DNA of 64,000 bases from Octopus sinensis (Eukaryota), in contig NC_042999.1 of NCBI RefSeq assembly GCF_006345805.1, positions 68,882,001 to 68,946,000 on the forward strand. The letters run 5' to 3'. The position numbers were made by a program, and so were the translations under genes. How positions within the stretch are numbered: position 1 is the first letter of the stretch; every line of letters begins with the position of its first letter. Below the pieces are notes generated by a model. The model had not been told where the DNA came from, did no database searches, and saw only the letters and a list, made by a program, of their open reading frames with translations. Below, one piece after another: positions 42,707 to 55,370 of the stretch.

Positions 42707-43263
42707 ACACACACACACACACTCTCTCACAAACACATATTTATTCACACACACACACACGCAGGCTCACACGTGCATACACACTCCCAGAGAGAGAAAA
42801 GCGAAAAAGATAGGGATATAGTTAAGTATAGATAGATAGCTAAATAATAGTATGATAGATAGATATATATAGATATATAGATTAAGAGAGAGAGACAGAG
42901 ACAGAGACGGAACGGAAAGAGAGAAAGAGAAAGAAGAAAGAAAGAGAAAGAGAGAAGACAGAAAGACAGTAATAACACAAACGCCATACAATAGATATTT
43001 CATTGAAGGCATTTACGGCCAAGATTTATACGGTGGTTATTATAAATCCTTAAATCTGACGAGTTGGTCTTTCATCTTTGAACAGCGGCGTCTCCTCCAT
43101 ATTTAAGATAAAGAAAGGAAGTCAATTAGATTAGTTGTAAAACTTCCGTTTATAATGTTCCCTGTCACTACGCAGATAACAATATGGCGTCGCTTGATAT
43201 CCTTATTGGCTATTTATTACATGCTACCTTCTGTAGATTGATTTTCCAGTCGATGTTGTTGTT

Positions 43264-43790
43264 GCTGTTGCTGACGCTGTCATCGTCGTCGTCGTGGCTG
43301 TTGACGCTGTCATCGTCGTCGCCGTGGCTGTTGATGCTGTCATCGTCGTCGTCGTGGCTGTTGACGCTGTCATCGTCGTCGTCGTGGCTGTTGATGCTGT
43401 CATCGTCGTCGTCGGGGCTGTTGATGCTGTCATCGTCGTCGTCGTGGCTGTTGATGCTGTCATCGTCGTCGTCGTGGCTGTTGACGCTGTCATCGTCGTC
43501 GTCGTGGCTGTTGATGCTGTCATCGTCGTCGTCGGGGCTGTTGATGCTGTCATCGTCGTCGTCGTGGCTGTTGATGCTGTCATCGTCGTCGTCGCCGGTG
43601 TTGATGCTGTCATCGTCGTCGTCGTGGCTGTTGACGCTGTCATCGTCGTCGTCGTGGCTGTTGATGCTGTCATCGTCGTCGTCGTGGCTGTTGATCCTGT
43701 CATCGTCGTCGTCGTGGCTGTTGATGCTGTCATCGTGGCTGTTGATGCCGTCATCGTCGTCGTCGTGGCTGTTGATGCTGTCATCGTTGA
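43264..43790. repeat. 30-bp minisatellite, about 17 units
   Basis: Unit GCTGTTGA(T/C)GCTGTCATCGTCGTCGTCGTG; reads (SINSHDDDDD)n on the minus strand. Confidence 0.93.
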
Positions 43791-45060
43791 CGTTGTCATC
43801 GTTGTGGCAGTTGTGGATGCCATTGTTATTGTTACCATTGCAATAGTTATCGTTGTTGTTGCATTTATTGATGCTATCTTTATTACTGATGTTGTCGTAG
43901 TTCTTGCTGTTGTTGTTGACGTCGTCCTCATCGTTCTTATAATTGTTGTTGTGTTGTCGTTGCTGTTTGTTTGTTTGTTTGTTGAGCGAAGCGGTCTTCG
44001 TCCTGTAGTGGGGGAAGTCCGAAACGTGGTCCTTTGCTATTCGTAAGACCCGCAGAAGAGAAAGCAGGTCAACCCCCGACACCGAGAGCATCGACGGATG
44101 GATGAATTCGCGTCCAGGCTCAGCGGTTGCGTAGGAAGTCGGGGACAAGAAAGAGGAAGAAAGAGTGAGAGAAAGTTGGAGCGAAAGAGTACAACAGGGG
44201 TGCCCCTGCCCCGCTGCCGGAGCATCGTGGAACTTTAGGTGTTTTCGCTCAATAAACACACACAACGCCCGATCTGGGAATCGAAACCGCGATACTCCGA
44301 CAGCAAGTCCGCTGCCCTAACCACTGGGCCATTGCGCTTCCTGTGATCGCTGTTGTTGCTACCCTTGTTATAGTTGTTGTTGTTGGTGGTGTTGTAGTTG
44401 CCATCATTTTGTTGTGTTGTCATAGTATTTTTTGTCCCGTTGTTTTCATTGCTATTGTTGTTATTAGCAGTTGTTTTATTTACCGCTGTCGTCATCGCCG
44501 TCATCGTCGCTATCACACTTGTTATTTTTGTTGTTTTTTAGTCCCAGGTCAATTCTGACTCAGTACCAGGTCCATTACCCAAAACTAACCAATCACTCAG
44601 TCATTATCCACCTAAGACTGCAGATTATATTTGTCATTATCCAATATGTCCTCCTCATTATCTTAAAACGGTGTAATTTCAGAAGGATATAATTTGGTTG
44701 CTATTTCTAGCAACTCGAGAGACCACGTAGAAGCTCTCTCTCATTGTCTCTTTGTCATTGTTGACAGTGTTTATTATTGCTGTTGTTATATAGCTCCAGA
44801 TCAGCTCTAATCAAGCAGATCTAGGATCAGAAGCGGTTCAGCCATGACTATCCCGTCTTTTACGCATGTGCGGAAAACTCTAATAAACAATGGATCCGTT
44901 GGTAGAGTGTGATATGAGGAAGATTTGTCTCCTATTTCTAGCAGGTTGAGCAACCATTTAAAGAATCCAACACTGACTCGTTGTTGGCGGTAATGAGGAG
45001 TGTGATTGTACCGCACTTGTTGCTGTTGCTCTTGTTGTTCCTGGTGGCGGTGCTATAGCT

Positions 45061-45110
<50 letters not shown>

Positions 45111-45269
45111 TATAGTAATAGTAGTAGTAGTAGACGTAGTAGTAATAGTAATAGTAGTAGTAGTAGTAGTAGTAGAAGTAGTAGTAATAGCAGTAGTAGG
45201 AGTAGTAGTAGAAGTAATAGCAATAGTAGTAGTAGAAGTAGTGGTACAAGTGGTAGTAATAGTAGTAGT

Positions 45270-45313
<44 letters not shown>

Positions 45314-45838
45314 TAGTAGTTGTAGTAGTAGTAGTAGTAGTAGTAGTAGTTGTTGTTGTTGTTGTTCCTTGTAGTAGTGGTGGTAGTGGTGGTGTTACTG
45401 TTGCCGTTGTTTTTAGTTGTGATGATGTAAATGTTCATGTTATTGTTATTGTTAGTGATGGATAAAGGCTGGCGGAATCGTTATCACAGCGGACAAAATG
45501 TTTAGCGGTATTTCGTCCGTCTTTACTTTCTGAGTTCAAGTGCCGCTGGGGTCGGCTTTACCTTTCATCCTTTCGGGATCGATAAAACAAGTACCAGTTA
45601 TGCACTGGGGTCGATGTTATTGACTTACCCCCGCCCCCAAAATTGCTGGCCTTGCGCCTAAATTTGAAACCATTATTATTCTAAGTGGTGATGCGTGGGG
45701 GCGTGTGGCTTAGTGTTTAGGGTGTTAGATTCATGATCGTAAGATTGTGGTTTCGATTTCAGGACTGGGCGATGCGTTGTGTCCTTGAGCAAAACACTTC
45801 ATTAAACGTTGCTGTAGTTCAGTCAGCAGACAAAACTG

Positions 45839-46052
45839 AGCGCAGGAGTGGCTGTGTGGTAAGTAGCTTGCTTACCAACCCCATGGTTCCGGGCTCAGTC
45901 CCACTGCGTGGTACCTTTTCAAATGTCTTCTTTCTATAGCCTCGGGCCGACCAAAGACTTGTGAGTGGATTTGATAGGCGGAAACATACGTATATATGTA
46001 TGTATATGTTTGCGAGTGGATTTGGTAGACGGAAACTGAAAGAAGCCCGTCG

Positions 46053-46136
<84 letters not shown>

Positions 46137-46346
46137 GTGTGTCTGTGTTTGTCTCCCCCAACATCGCTTGACAACCGATGCTGGTGTGTTTGCGTTCCTG
46201 TAACTTAGCGGGTCGGCAAAGAGAGGCTGATAGAATAAGTACTAGGCTTACAACGAATAAGTCATGGGGTCGATTTGCTCGACTAAAGGCGGTGCTCCAG
46301 CATGGCCACAGTCAAATGACTGAAACAGTTAAAAGAGTAAAAGAGT
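45839..46346 (+). mobile_element. Full-length tRNA-derived SINE, family A, with internal microsatellite (other copies or halves near 39238-39589 -, 39615-40016 -, 40665-40830 +, 41572-41732 -, 14645-14812 -, 61175-61834 +)
   Basis: Head GCGCAGGAGTGGCTGTGTGGTAAG...GGTTCCGGG(T/C)TCAGTCCC, CORE-like GTGG(C/T)ACCTTGGGCAAGTGTCTT in sister copies, internal (TA)/(TG)n, tail GGCGGTGCTCCAGCATGGCC...TGACTGAAAC. Confidence 0.85.
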
Positions 46347-46918
46347 AACCCTGTGACGGACCGGCATCACGTCCAGGGGAAGAATTCACTCGTATACACT
46401 CGTATACACCATACAATCAAGCATGTATATTCTCCATAATATATACATTCGCCGGATTCTATGGCTCGGCGAGAACCGGTGATGCTGGCGTTAGAAGTGG
46501 CATCATTGTAAACGCTGTGGCTGTTGTTGTTGTTGCTGCTACTGTTGTTTTTGGTGATGGTGGTGGTGGGGGATGTAAACGTTTATGTTGTTGCCCTAAT
46601 TATCACTGGTGGCGTTAATGTAGCGATGGTAGTGATGATGTTAGTAGAGACCCTATTGCTAACGTCCTTCCTGTTATTGATAAGGCGAACGGATGTTCTA
46701 ACTGGTGAATGTCCCCTGATTACGGCTGCAGCTTCTAATCAAATTCTTCATCTTTTTAATCATCGTTATTACGATGTATTTATAGTTTTTAGTATCACAC
46801 AATGAAATAACCCCTACTTTTTATTTCTTTGTGTTTTTATTTCGTCTTTTTTTTTTAAAGACCCCTGTTCTCTCAAGAAAAAGTGAAGAAACGATTATTA
46901 CCCTTGTATTACAACAGC

Positions 46919-46980
<62 letters not shown>

Positions 46981-46998
46981 CATCAATAATAATAATAT

Positions 46999-47038
<40 letters not shown>

Positions 47039-47079
47039 AATAATGATAATAATGATGATAATGATAATAATGATAATAA

Positions 47080-47144
<65 letters not shown>

Positions 47145-47518
47145 GATTGTGTCTGAATTTTTTGGGGGAGGGATTAGTCGATTGAATCGGCGCCTGTGCT
47201 GAACTAGTATTCTATCGACCCCAAAAAGATGAAAGGCAAAGTAGGCCCTACAAAACAACAACAACAACAATAATAAAAATAATAATAATGATAATGGTTT
47301 TAAATTTTGGCACAAAGCTAGCAATTTTGAAACGAGGGCGTAGTCGATACCGTCGACCTTCTTAAATGTCTGATATCGTATTTTATTAACCCCGAGGGGG
47401 CGGGGGTGAAAGACAAAGTTGATCTCGGCGACATTTGAACTACCGTGAAGAAGCCGTAACAGATACGTCAAACATTTTAAGCATATAAAATCATATTTTT
47501 TGCTAAGATTAAAACATA

Positions 47519-48808
47519 CGAGGGGCGTTCAATAAGTAATGCCCCTGCCCCACTTCCCATAGTAGTAGAGCAACGAAACTTGGCACAGTTATTAGTCTTT
47601 TTCTACATAGGAACCACCCAGAGTTACGCATTTCTCCCATTGTTTGATGCAGCTCTGGATACCGTTTTTGTAGAAGGCCCCAGCTTGGTCCTCCAACCTG
47701 AACGTGACTTCAGAAATCAAGGCTGCATCATCTGGGAAACGCTTTCCTTTCAAAAACAACTTCATGACTGGGAAGAGGTGAAAATCAGAGGGTGCAAGGT
47801 CAGGAAAGTAGGGGGATGGGGGAGGAGTTCATAGCCATACGCCTGTGCTTCTGATCTGGCGACAAGCGAGTTCTGGACCGGGGCGTTGTCCTGCAGGAGG
47901 AGGATGCCTTTGCTGATCTTGCCCCGCCTCTTGATTTTGATAACTTCTTTTAATTTCCTCAAAAGTGAAGCATAATAAGCTCCTGCAATTGTGGTACCCT
48001 TTGCCAGGAAATCTGTGATCACTACTCCGTCCTGGTTCCAGAAGACTGTGAGCATGACCTTGCCAGCGGAGGGCTGCACCTTTGCCTTCTTTGGAGGGGG
48101 TGAGTCACGGTGCTTCCACTGCATTGACTGGGCTTTGGTCTCTGGATCATCGTGATGGACCCAGGTTTCATCCTGAGTAATCAGTCTTTTGAAAAATTCT
48201 GACTCATCTTCTTGGCACATCTCCAAATTCACCCTCGAGCACTCGACGCGTTCTTTCTTCTGGAAAGGCGTGAGCAACCTGGGAATCCATCTGGCAGACA
48301 CCTTTTGCATATGCAAATGGTCATGAATGATAGTTTCCACAGACCCGGTACTAATCTTGACCTCATGGGCTATTTGGCGAATAATTATGCGTCGATCTTC
48401 CAAAATGGCAGTCTCAACTTGACGGACAGATGCCTCATCAATGGCAGAAGGGGTGACCAGATCTAGGAGCTGTTTCCACAGAGTTCCGACCATGTTTGAA
48501 TTCACGATGCCAGCGTTTTACAAGGTCATATGATGGGGCATCATCACCATAAGTTACTTTCATTTCATCAAAAGTCTCCCGTGGTGTGCGTCCTTTCAAA
48601 TACAAAAACCGGATCACCGCTCGACACTCAACAGGCTCCATTTCACACGTGACTCTGTTCAAACACCTGTAAATCAGAAACCACAATTAATTCAGAGCTG
48701 TAATTTGCCACTTACTCTATAGAGATAGAAATGATTGCACATGCAAAGTTTCAGCTAGATCAAACAATTGCAAGTGGGTCAGAGGCATTACTTATTGAAC
48801 GTCCCTCG
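47519..48808 (-). mobile_element. Full-length mariner (DD34D-type) copy 2, defective
   Basis: Same TIR as copy 1, TA flanks, 1290 bp; MEPVECRAVIRFL start near 48641, WIPRLL, DETW, QDNAP; two frameshifts. Confidence 0.96.
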
Positions 48809-49513
48809 TATCTGAAGCTATTTAGAGAAACCCTTGCTGATAAGTGTGTGACCGGGAAAACAGCCTGAAACTGAAGTTCGAGAAACTGAGAGATGCTAGA
48901 ATTGAATCCTGGACAGTTGAGTTGTAGAACACTGTCATTATTTATTCTTATTTATTCTTCTAAATTCCTTTGCTATGTTTTCGAGATTTGAGTAAATTGT
49001 TGCCATCTCTCAACACGTTTCAATTTTCATGATTAATGTAGAAAAGTCATGAAACATTGATAATTTCTAAATTAAACAGAAGAAAACATGCTTTGAGTGG
49101 CCTTTTATCGAACACGGGTGGTTTAAATTTGAAGCCAATTTCAGCGACATTTTGTATTCAAGTTAAAGACGTGAAAGAACGTGACTGAACACATCAGGTA
49201 GTTGATTCTGGCATTCTATTGAATCTTTACTAAGCTCAAAGACAATTAAGTTCGGAGAAACAGATAGAATATTTTGATATATTTCGGTGATCTGTGAAGA
49301 AGAACATCAATCGAATGAAATAGGTCCAACTGAAAAGCGAAACTCTGTGATAATCTTGAATTACAGGGTAGCCTGTATGTATGTATGTATGTATGTATGT
49401 ATGTATGTATGTATGTATGTATGTATGTATGTATGTATGTATGTATGTATGTATATATATATATGTATACATACATACACATACATACATACATACATAC
49501 ATACATACATTCA

Positions 49514-49623
<110 letters not shown>

Positions 49624-50007
49624 CTTCGAAACATATGTCGAGAGTAAAGGAATTTTGTTAACATCTTCGTTCGACTCCATTCTTTCATTTATTCATATAC
49701 AACACACAAATTTCTGCACGTGAACCCGGAGTTTCTACCCTTGGACAAGTCGCTTCAACCTTGTTTCTGACGTGAATTTGCTACCCAGGTTTCGGTTCAA
49801 GAATATTTAAATAGGTGAATGAATTATCCTATGTTTATCGTCAGCATGGAAAATTCGTTGAACCGAAACCTGGGTAGCAAATTCACGTCAGAAACAAGGT
49901 TGAAGCGACTTGTCCAAGGGTAGAAACTCCGGGTTCACGTGCAGAAATTTGTGTGTTGTATATGAATAAATGAAAGAATGGAGTCGAACGAAGATGTTAA
50001 CAAAATT

Positions 50008-50100
50008 CCTTTACTCTCGACATATGTTTCGAAGACAACATGGTTTCATTCTAAAGGAATAAAGGGTGCATTATGCAATCTTCTCATCAGGAAAGAAAGG
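50008..50100 (-). ncRNA. Type I hammerhead ribozyme (predicted), branched stem II family
   Basis: Same fold as 37524-37616; stem III is the perfect palindrome ACATATGT. Confidence 0.82.
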
Positions 50101-50320
50101 GAGCCTCTCTCGACAACAAGACAAACAAAAATTTCGATGACTGCCTACATGGTAAACAAAACGATAATGAGTGTTTTTAAAAAAACCGTTAGAAGAATTG
50201 ACGTCAAAGATAGATAGTAGGAAGAGAAGGGTTAAAGGAATAATAGGTAGGAACAACCTATTTGTTTACCATGTAGGCAGTCATCGAAATTTTTGTTTGT
50301 CTTGTTGTCGAGAGAGGCTC

Positions 50321-50413
50321 CCTTTCTTTCCTGATGAGAAGATTGCATAATGCACCCTTTATTCCTTTGGAATGAAACCATGTTGTCTTCGAAACGTATG
50401 TCGAGAGTAAAGG
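50321..50413 (+). ncRNA. Type I hammerhead ribozyme (predicted), branched stem II family
   Basis: CCTTTCTTTC 50321-30, CTGATGA 50331-37, GAAGAT/GTCTTC stem II, GAAAC 50391-95, GTC 50400-02, GAGAGTAAAGG; predicted cleavage after 50402. Confidence 0.82.
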
Positions 50414-50475
50414 ATTTGTTAACATCTTCGTTCGACTCCATTCTTTATTTATATATTATATATATATATCTATAT

Positions 50476-50519
<44 letters not shown>

Positions 50520-50522
<3 letters not shown>

Positions 50523-51420
50523 TTGCGGCCAAAATGTTCAGAACGGCATTGTTTTCGTTAGAAAAGTTGGTATACTTTTTTATCAGAGTTGTTTTATGTT
50601 CTATAATTTTCACAGACAATAAATACAATATTAATTGTTATTGTCTGAGATTTTAGTGTAATTTGAGAGTATAATACAAAAGTTATGGATGATTTAGTGA
50701 TTTACTGCAAAACCTATGCCGGCCAAAATGATCAGAACGGTTGAAAATATAACAAAATAATCAAAAATGACAGAGAATACTGGAATTATTTAATATTTAG
50801 TGTGAAGCCCTTTAGCTTCAATCACACTTTGACATCTTCGACTGCATGAGGAAATTAAATTTTCAATTTCTTGCTAGGTGATCTTATTCCATTTTTCCTG
50901 GAGGGCATTCCATAATTGCTCGGTTGTTTTAGGATTTCTGGCTTTCGAACGTTCTCCTAGAATATTCCACACATTTTCAATAGGATTGAGATCTGGGCTT
51001 TGAGCAGGCCAATCCATAATAATAACCTTTTCAGCCTTGAGGAAGTTCATGACCACCTTAGCCTTGTGACATGGGGCATTGTCCAGCATGAATATGGGTG
51101 GTCGCTTAGTTGAATTTCTCAGCACAGGCAAGACATGATCTTTTACAAGTTGTTTATAAACTCCTGCATTTACCTTTCCGTGTAATCGCATCAAAGAGCC
51201 CACACCATCTCCAGATATCATTCCCCAAACCATGACACTTCCTCCACCGAATTTAACACTAGTCTTAAGGCATTTAGGCGACAATTTTTCACCTACTTTT
51301 CAACGAACGTACATTTTCCCATCTGAGCCAAATAACATAAACTTAGATACATCACTGAAATGCACAGTTTGCCATTTTTCTTGAGACCACAACACATGTT
51401 CGGTGGCAAATTCCTATTTT
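50520..51420 (-). mobile_element. Tc1-family (DD34E-type) transposon, 3' half, with IR/DR-type terminus
   Basis: VKFGGGSVMVWG, DNAPCH, WPAQSPDLNPIENVW; starts TA|CAGTTG; GGCCAAAATG(T/A)TCAGAACGG repeated at 50527 and 50721. Confidence 0.9.
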
Positions 51421-51493
51421 CTACAAATATAGCTCCACATATAACATTTACTTGTAACTCACATATGCAAAAAGAAGGGAAAAATAACGGTTA

Positions 51494-51552
51494 GTTGTGG
51501 ACGCGTTTCTGGGTTAGAATTATAAAGAATTCATTCCCGTCTTCGGTACAAC
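51494..51552 (-). ncRNA. Decayed hammerhead motif
   Basis: Minus strand GTTGTA-CCGAAGA-CGGG...CCCA-GAA-ACGCGT-C-CACAAC; three transitions away from a canonical type I HHR. Confidence 0.5.
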
Positions 51553-51758
51553 ATTCCATTAAGTTATAGATTTGCAAATGCTATTTACCTACCTCTTGCA
51601 TCCCGATCCCGTGCCATCGGAGATAGTAGAAGATAGTCAGCACTACCAAATCCATATAGACGAATGAATTCGTATTTTCCCTCCAAAATTACCATGTGTG
51701 TTACAAAAATAGCACCGCAGAAAGAGAACTGTGGTTTGTTATACGGGAGTGAAAAGAG

Positions 51759-51806
<48 letters not shown>

Positions 51807-52502
51807 TCCCCATTAACGATACTGGTTGGTAACATGTACTTAGAACAACCTGTCACTAACCCGGCAATCTTATCAACCCTGCTTGGTAAGGAGGATGGTT
51901 TTCATTGGACACTACAGGACGATAAAGAAAACCTCTTAAGGAACGGATGAATATATTAGAGTCAACGGGGTAAAAGACCTTTGTTCTGAGTTCAAATTCC
52001 GTCGAGGTCGACTTTGACTTTCATCCTTTCAGGGTCGATTAAATAAGTACCAGTAACGCACTGGGGTTGATACAATCGACGTAATTCGTTTGTCTGTCCT
52101 TGTTTGTCCCCTCTGTGTGTAGCCCCTTGTGGGCAGTAAAGAAATAGGTATGTGTTTACGTGTTTGTGTACGCGGATGGGGATGCGTAAGTGAACACATT
52201 GTCAGCATTTAGCTTGGTCTTTGTCAAGAGTATCAAAGAAATGAAATCGTTCCAATTAAGAATTGAAACCCCATACCTGTCTTTGGGTTAGAGGAATTTT
52301 ATTTTTTGCTTTATCGTAGCTCGTCTCGTTTCATGAACTCTTTTGTGCAAATGCATGTTTTTATGCGTCCTTGCACGTCCGTCTGCGCGCCATGCGCACG
52401 TGCTAGTTTGTGTATTCCTGTATATATATATATATATGCATATTTCAATTAAACGAGTATGAATTAAAATGGTCTGCATATATAGATACGCGTACGTGTA
52501 TC

Positions 52503-52535
<33 letters not shown>

Positions 52536-52874
52536 CGAATGCGTTTTCAATGTCTGTATTGTTCTCAGATAACAGCAGCCTGGGTGAATGGAGAAAGTAA
52601 AAAGAAGATTGCAGGAAAGGCACGGTTCACTGACTGTGTTATGTGTGAGCGAGATGTAATTGACTCTGACTAGCCCCACGTCACGGTAGAGTTGGCACGG
52701 AATGATAAGGCAAATTATCATTGTTGTTGTTGATGTTGTCGTCGTCGTTGTCGTTATCATCAATGAAGCGTGTTATTGATGCGTATCTATGCGTATCTAT
52801 GTTATGCGATTACAATAGGATGATTATGTGTTTGGTGGCGACGCCTACCGCGACGGGATACACTGATGGCTTAG

Positions 52875-53445
52875 TGATTTGATAACCTGGTACTCTAGTG
52901 ATCTAGTACTCTGCTGGTACTTTGGTGATCTGGTACTCTGGCGATCTGGTACTCTAGTGAACTGGCACTCTGGTGATCTAGTAATCTGGTTATCTAGCAC
53001 TCTGGTGGTATGGTAGCCTGGTGGTATGGTAGGCTGGTGGTATGGTAGTCTGGTTGTATGGTACACTGGTGATCTGGTACGTTGGCGATCTTGTACTCTA
53101 GTGAACTGGCACTCTGGTGATCTAGTAATCTGGTTATCTAGCACTCTGGTGGTATGGTAGCCTGGTGGTATGGTAGGCTGGTGGTATGGTAGGCTGGTGG
53201 TATGGTAGTCTGGTTGTATGGTACACTGGTGATCTGGTACTCTGGCGATCTGGTACTCTAGTGAACTGGCACTCTGGTGATCTAGTAATCTGGTTATCTA
53301 GCACTCTGGTGGTATGGTAGCCTGGTGGTATGGTAGGCTGGTGGTATGGTAGTCTGGTTGTATGGTACACTGGTGATCTGGTACTCTGTCGATCTGGTAC
53401 TCTAGCGAACTTGTACTCCGGTGATCTTGTAATCTGGTAATCTGA
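52875..53445. repeat. 16-bp minisatellite organised as a 144-bp higher-order repeat
   Basis: Marker monomer CTCTAGTGAACTGGCA starts at 52952, 53096, 53256 and (variant) 53400, giving spacings of 144, 160 and 144. Confidence 0.93.
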
Positions 53446-53704
53446 TAATACAACAATGAATTCAATTGGAACGAACTGTAGTAACAACAACAATAACAAC
53501 AACAACAGTAATAACATTATCACCCCCCTAGCATCACCACACCTACCACCACCTACTACTGCTTGTATTATTAACACTAATACCATTGACTGTAGTTGTA
53601 ATAGGAATAGAATTATATTGCAATAATAATACAATTTTGAGATGAGGGATGTTGGCTGGCGTAGACGGAAGTGGTTAAGATTTAGACAGCATCAGCGGCA
53701 GTAA

Positions 53705-53749
<45 letters not shown>

Positions 53750-54606
53750 ATTAGCGGATCGTCAAAGAGGAGCCGACAGATTAAGTACAGTATCAGACTT
53801 TAAAAAATATGCACTGCAAGTCGATTTGTTCGATTAAAACCCTTCAAGGGTTACATACGTACATACGTACATATGTGTGTGTGTGTGTGTGTGCGAGCGT
53901 GTGTGCGTGTGCTTGCGTGTGTGTGTGTGTGTGCACGTGTGTGTGTGTGCGTGTGTTAGTGTATATATATACAGATTATATATATATATATATACACACA
54001 CACATGACAGGTTTCTTTCAGTTTCCGTCTATCAGATTTACTTACAAGGCTTGGATCAGCCCAAAGTGCAATGCAGTGGAACTGAACCCAGGACCATGTG
54101 TTGGGGAAGTAAACTTCTTATTATAGTGAATGACCAAGTGTTAATCTCAAAAAGACACTTTGCAAATACGGCCTGCAAGCGGAACAGTAAAAATATGCAA
54201 GACTTTTCTAAGGTCCAACATTTAACTCATCGTTTTCTTTATCCAAGCTCCGGCAATTCAGCTTTGTTCTTTTTTTCCCCTTAGAAACCAGCTTCTGCCA
54301 TATGGACGAATTCAAATTAAAAAATTATAAAACCTACCTACCTATCTACCGACCGACCGATCTCCATATGTCTGTATGTGTGAGTGTGTGTGTGTGCATG
54401 TATGTGTGCGTATGCATGTGCATGTGTGTATGTATGTGTAAATTTCTGAGACTGCATCATTACTGTGGATACTTAAGTCTACATGCATTTCTCACACATA
54501 AGCATATTTAAAACCAATCCATATCGTTGGCTTCAGATGAGTTTTGATGTCTGTCTATCTAACAAACGTATCTCTCTTTCTGACTGTCTGTTTGTCTGTT
54601 TATCTG

Positions 54607-54711
<105 letters not shown>

Positions 54712-54819
54712 TGAATGCATGAATTAATTTCTGTTTATATCTCTCTCTCCTACCCCTCTCTCTCTCTATATATATGTATCTATCTATCTATACATACATA
54801 CATACATATGTATGTATAT

Positions 54820-54873
<54 letters not shown>

Positions 54874-55268
54874 GTAATTTGCGAGTGCTTACACACACAC
54901 ACGCACACACACACACATATACAGTGAAAGAGAAAGAGAGAGAAAGAGAGGGAAAGAACTAGACAGAGACATAGAGTGGAGTAGAGAGATTTGACTGCTA
55001 TCTTTATTCACCCAATCAAATAATCGCTTTGGGCGGAGCTGGGTGTTCTGATCATGAAATGAACTGATAAGAACGAACCGAACAAACGTACAAATAACAA
55101 CTAAAACAATAATAATAAAAAACAACAACAACAATAATAATAATAACAACAACAATACTGTTAATAATAAAAACAATAATAACAATAATGATAACAACAA
55201 CAACAACAACAACAATTATAATAATAATACTACTACTACTACTAATAATAATAATGATAATGATGATG

Positions 55269-55370
<102 letters not shown>

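Noticed and set aside
44005-44040. GTCC-GAAAC-GTG-GTC resembling an HHR 3' half
   Set aside because: No CUGANGA-like core upstream.
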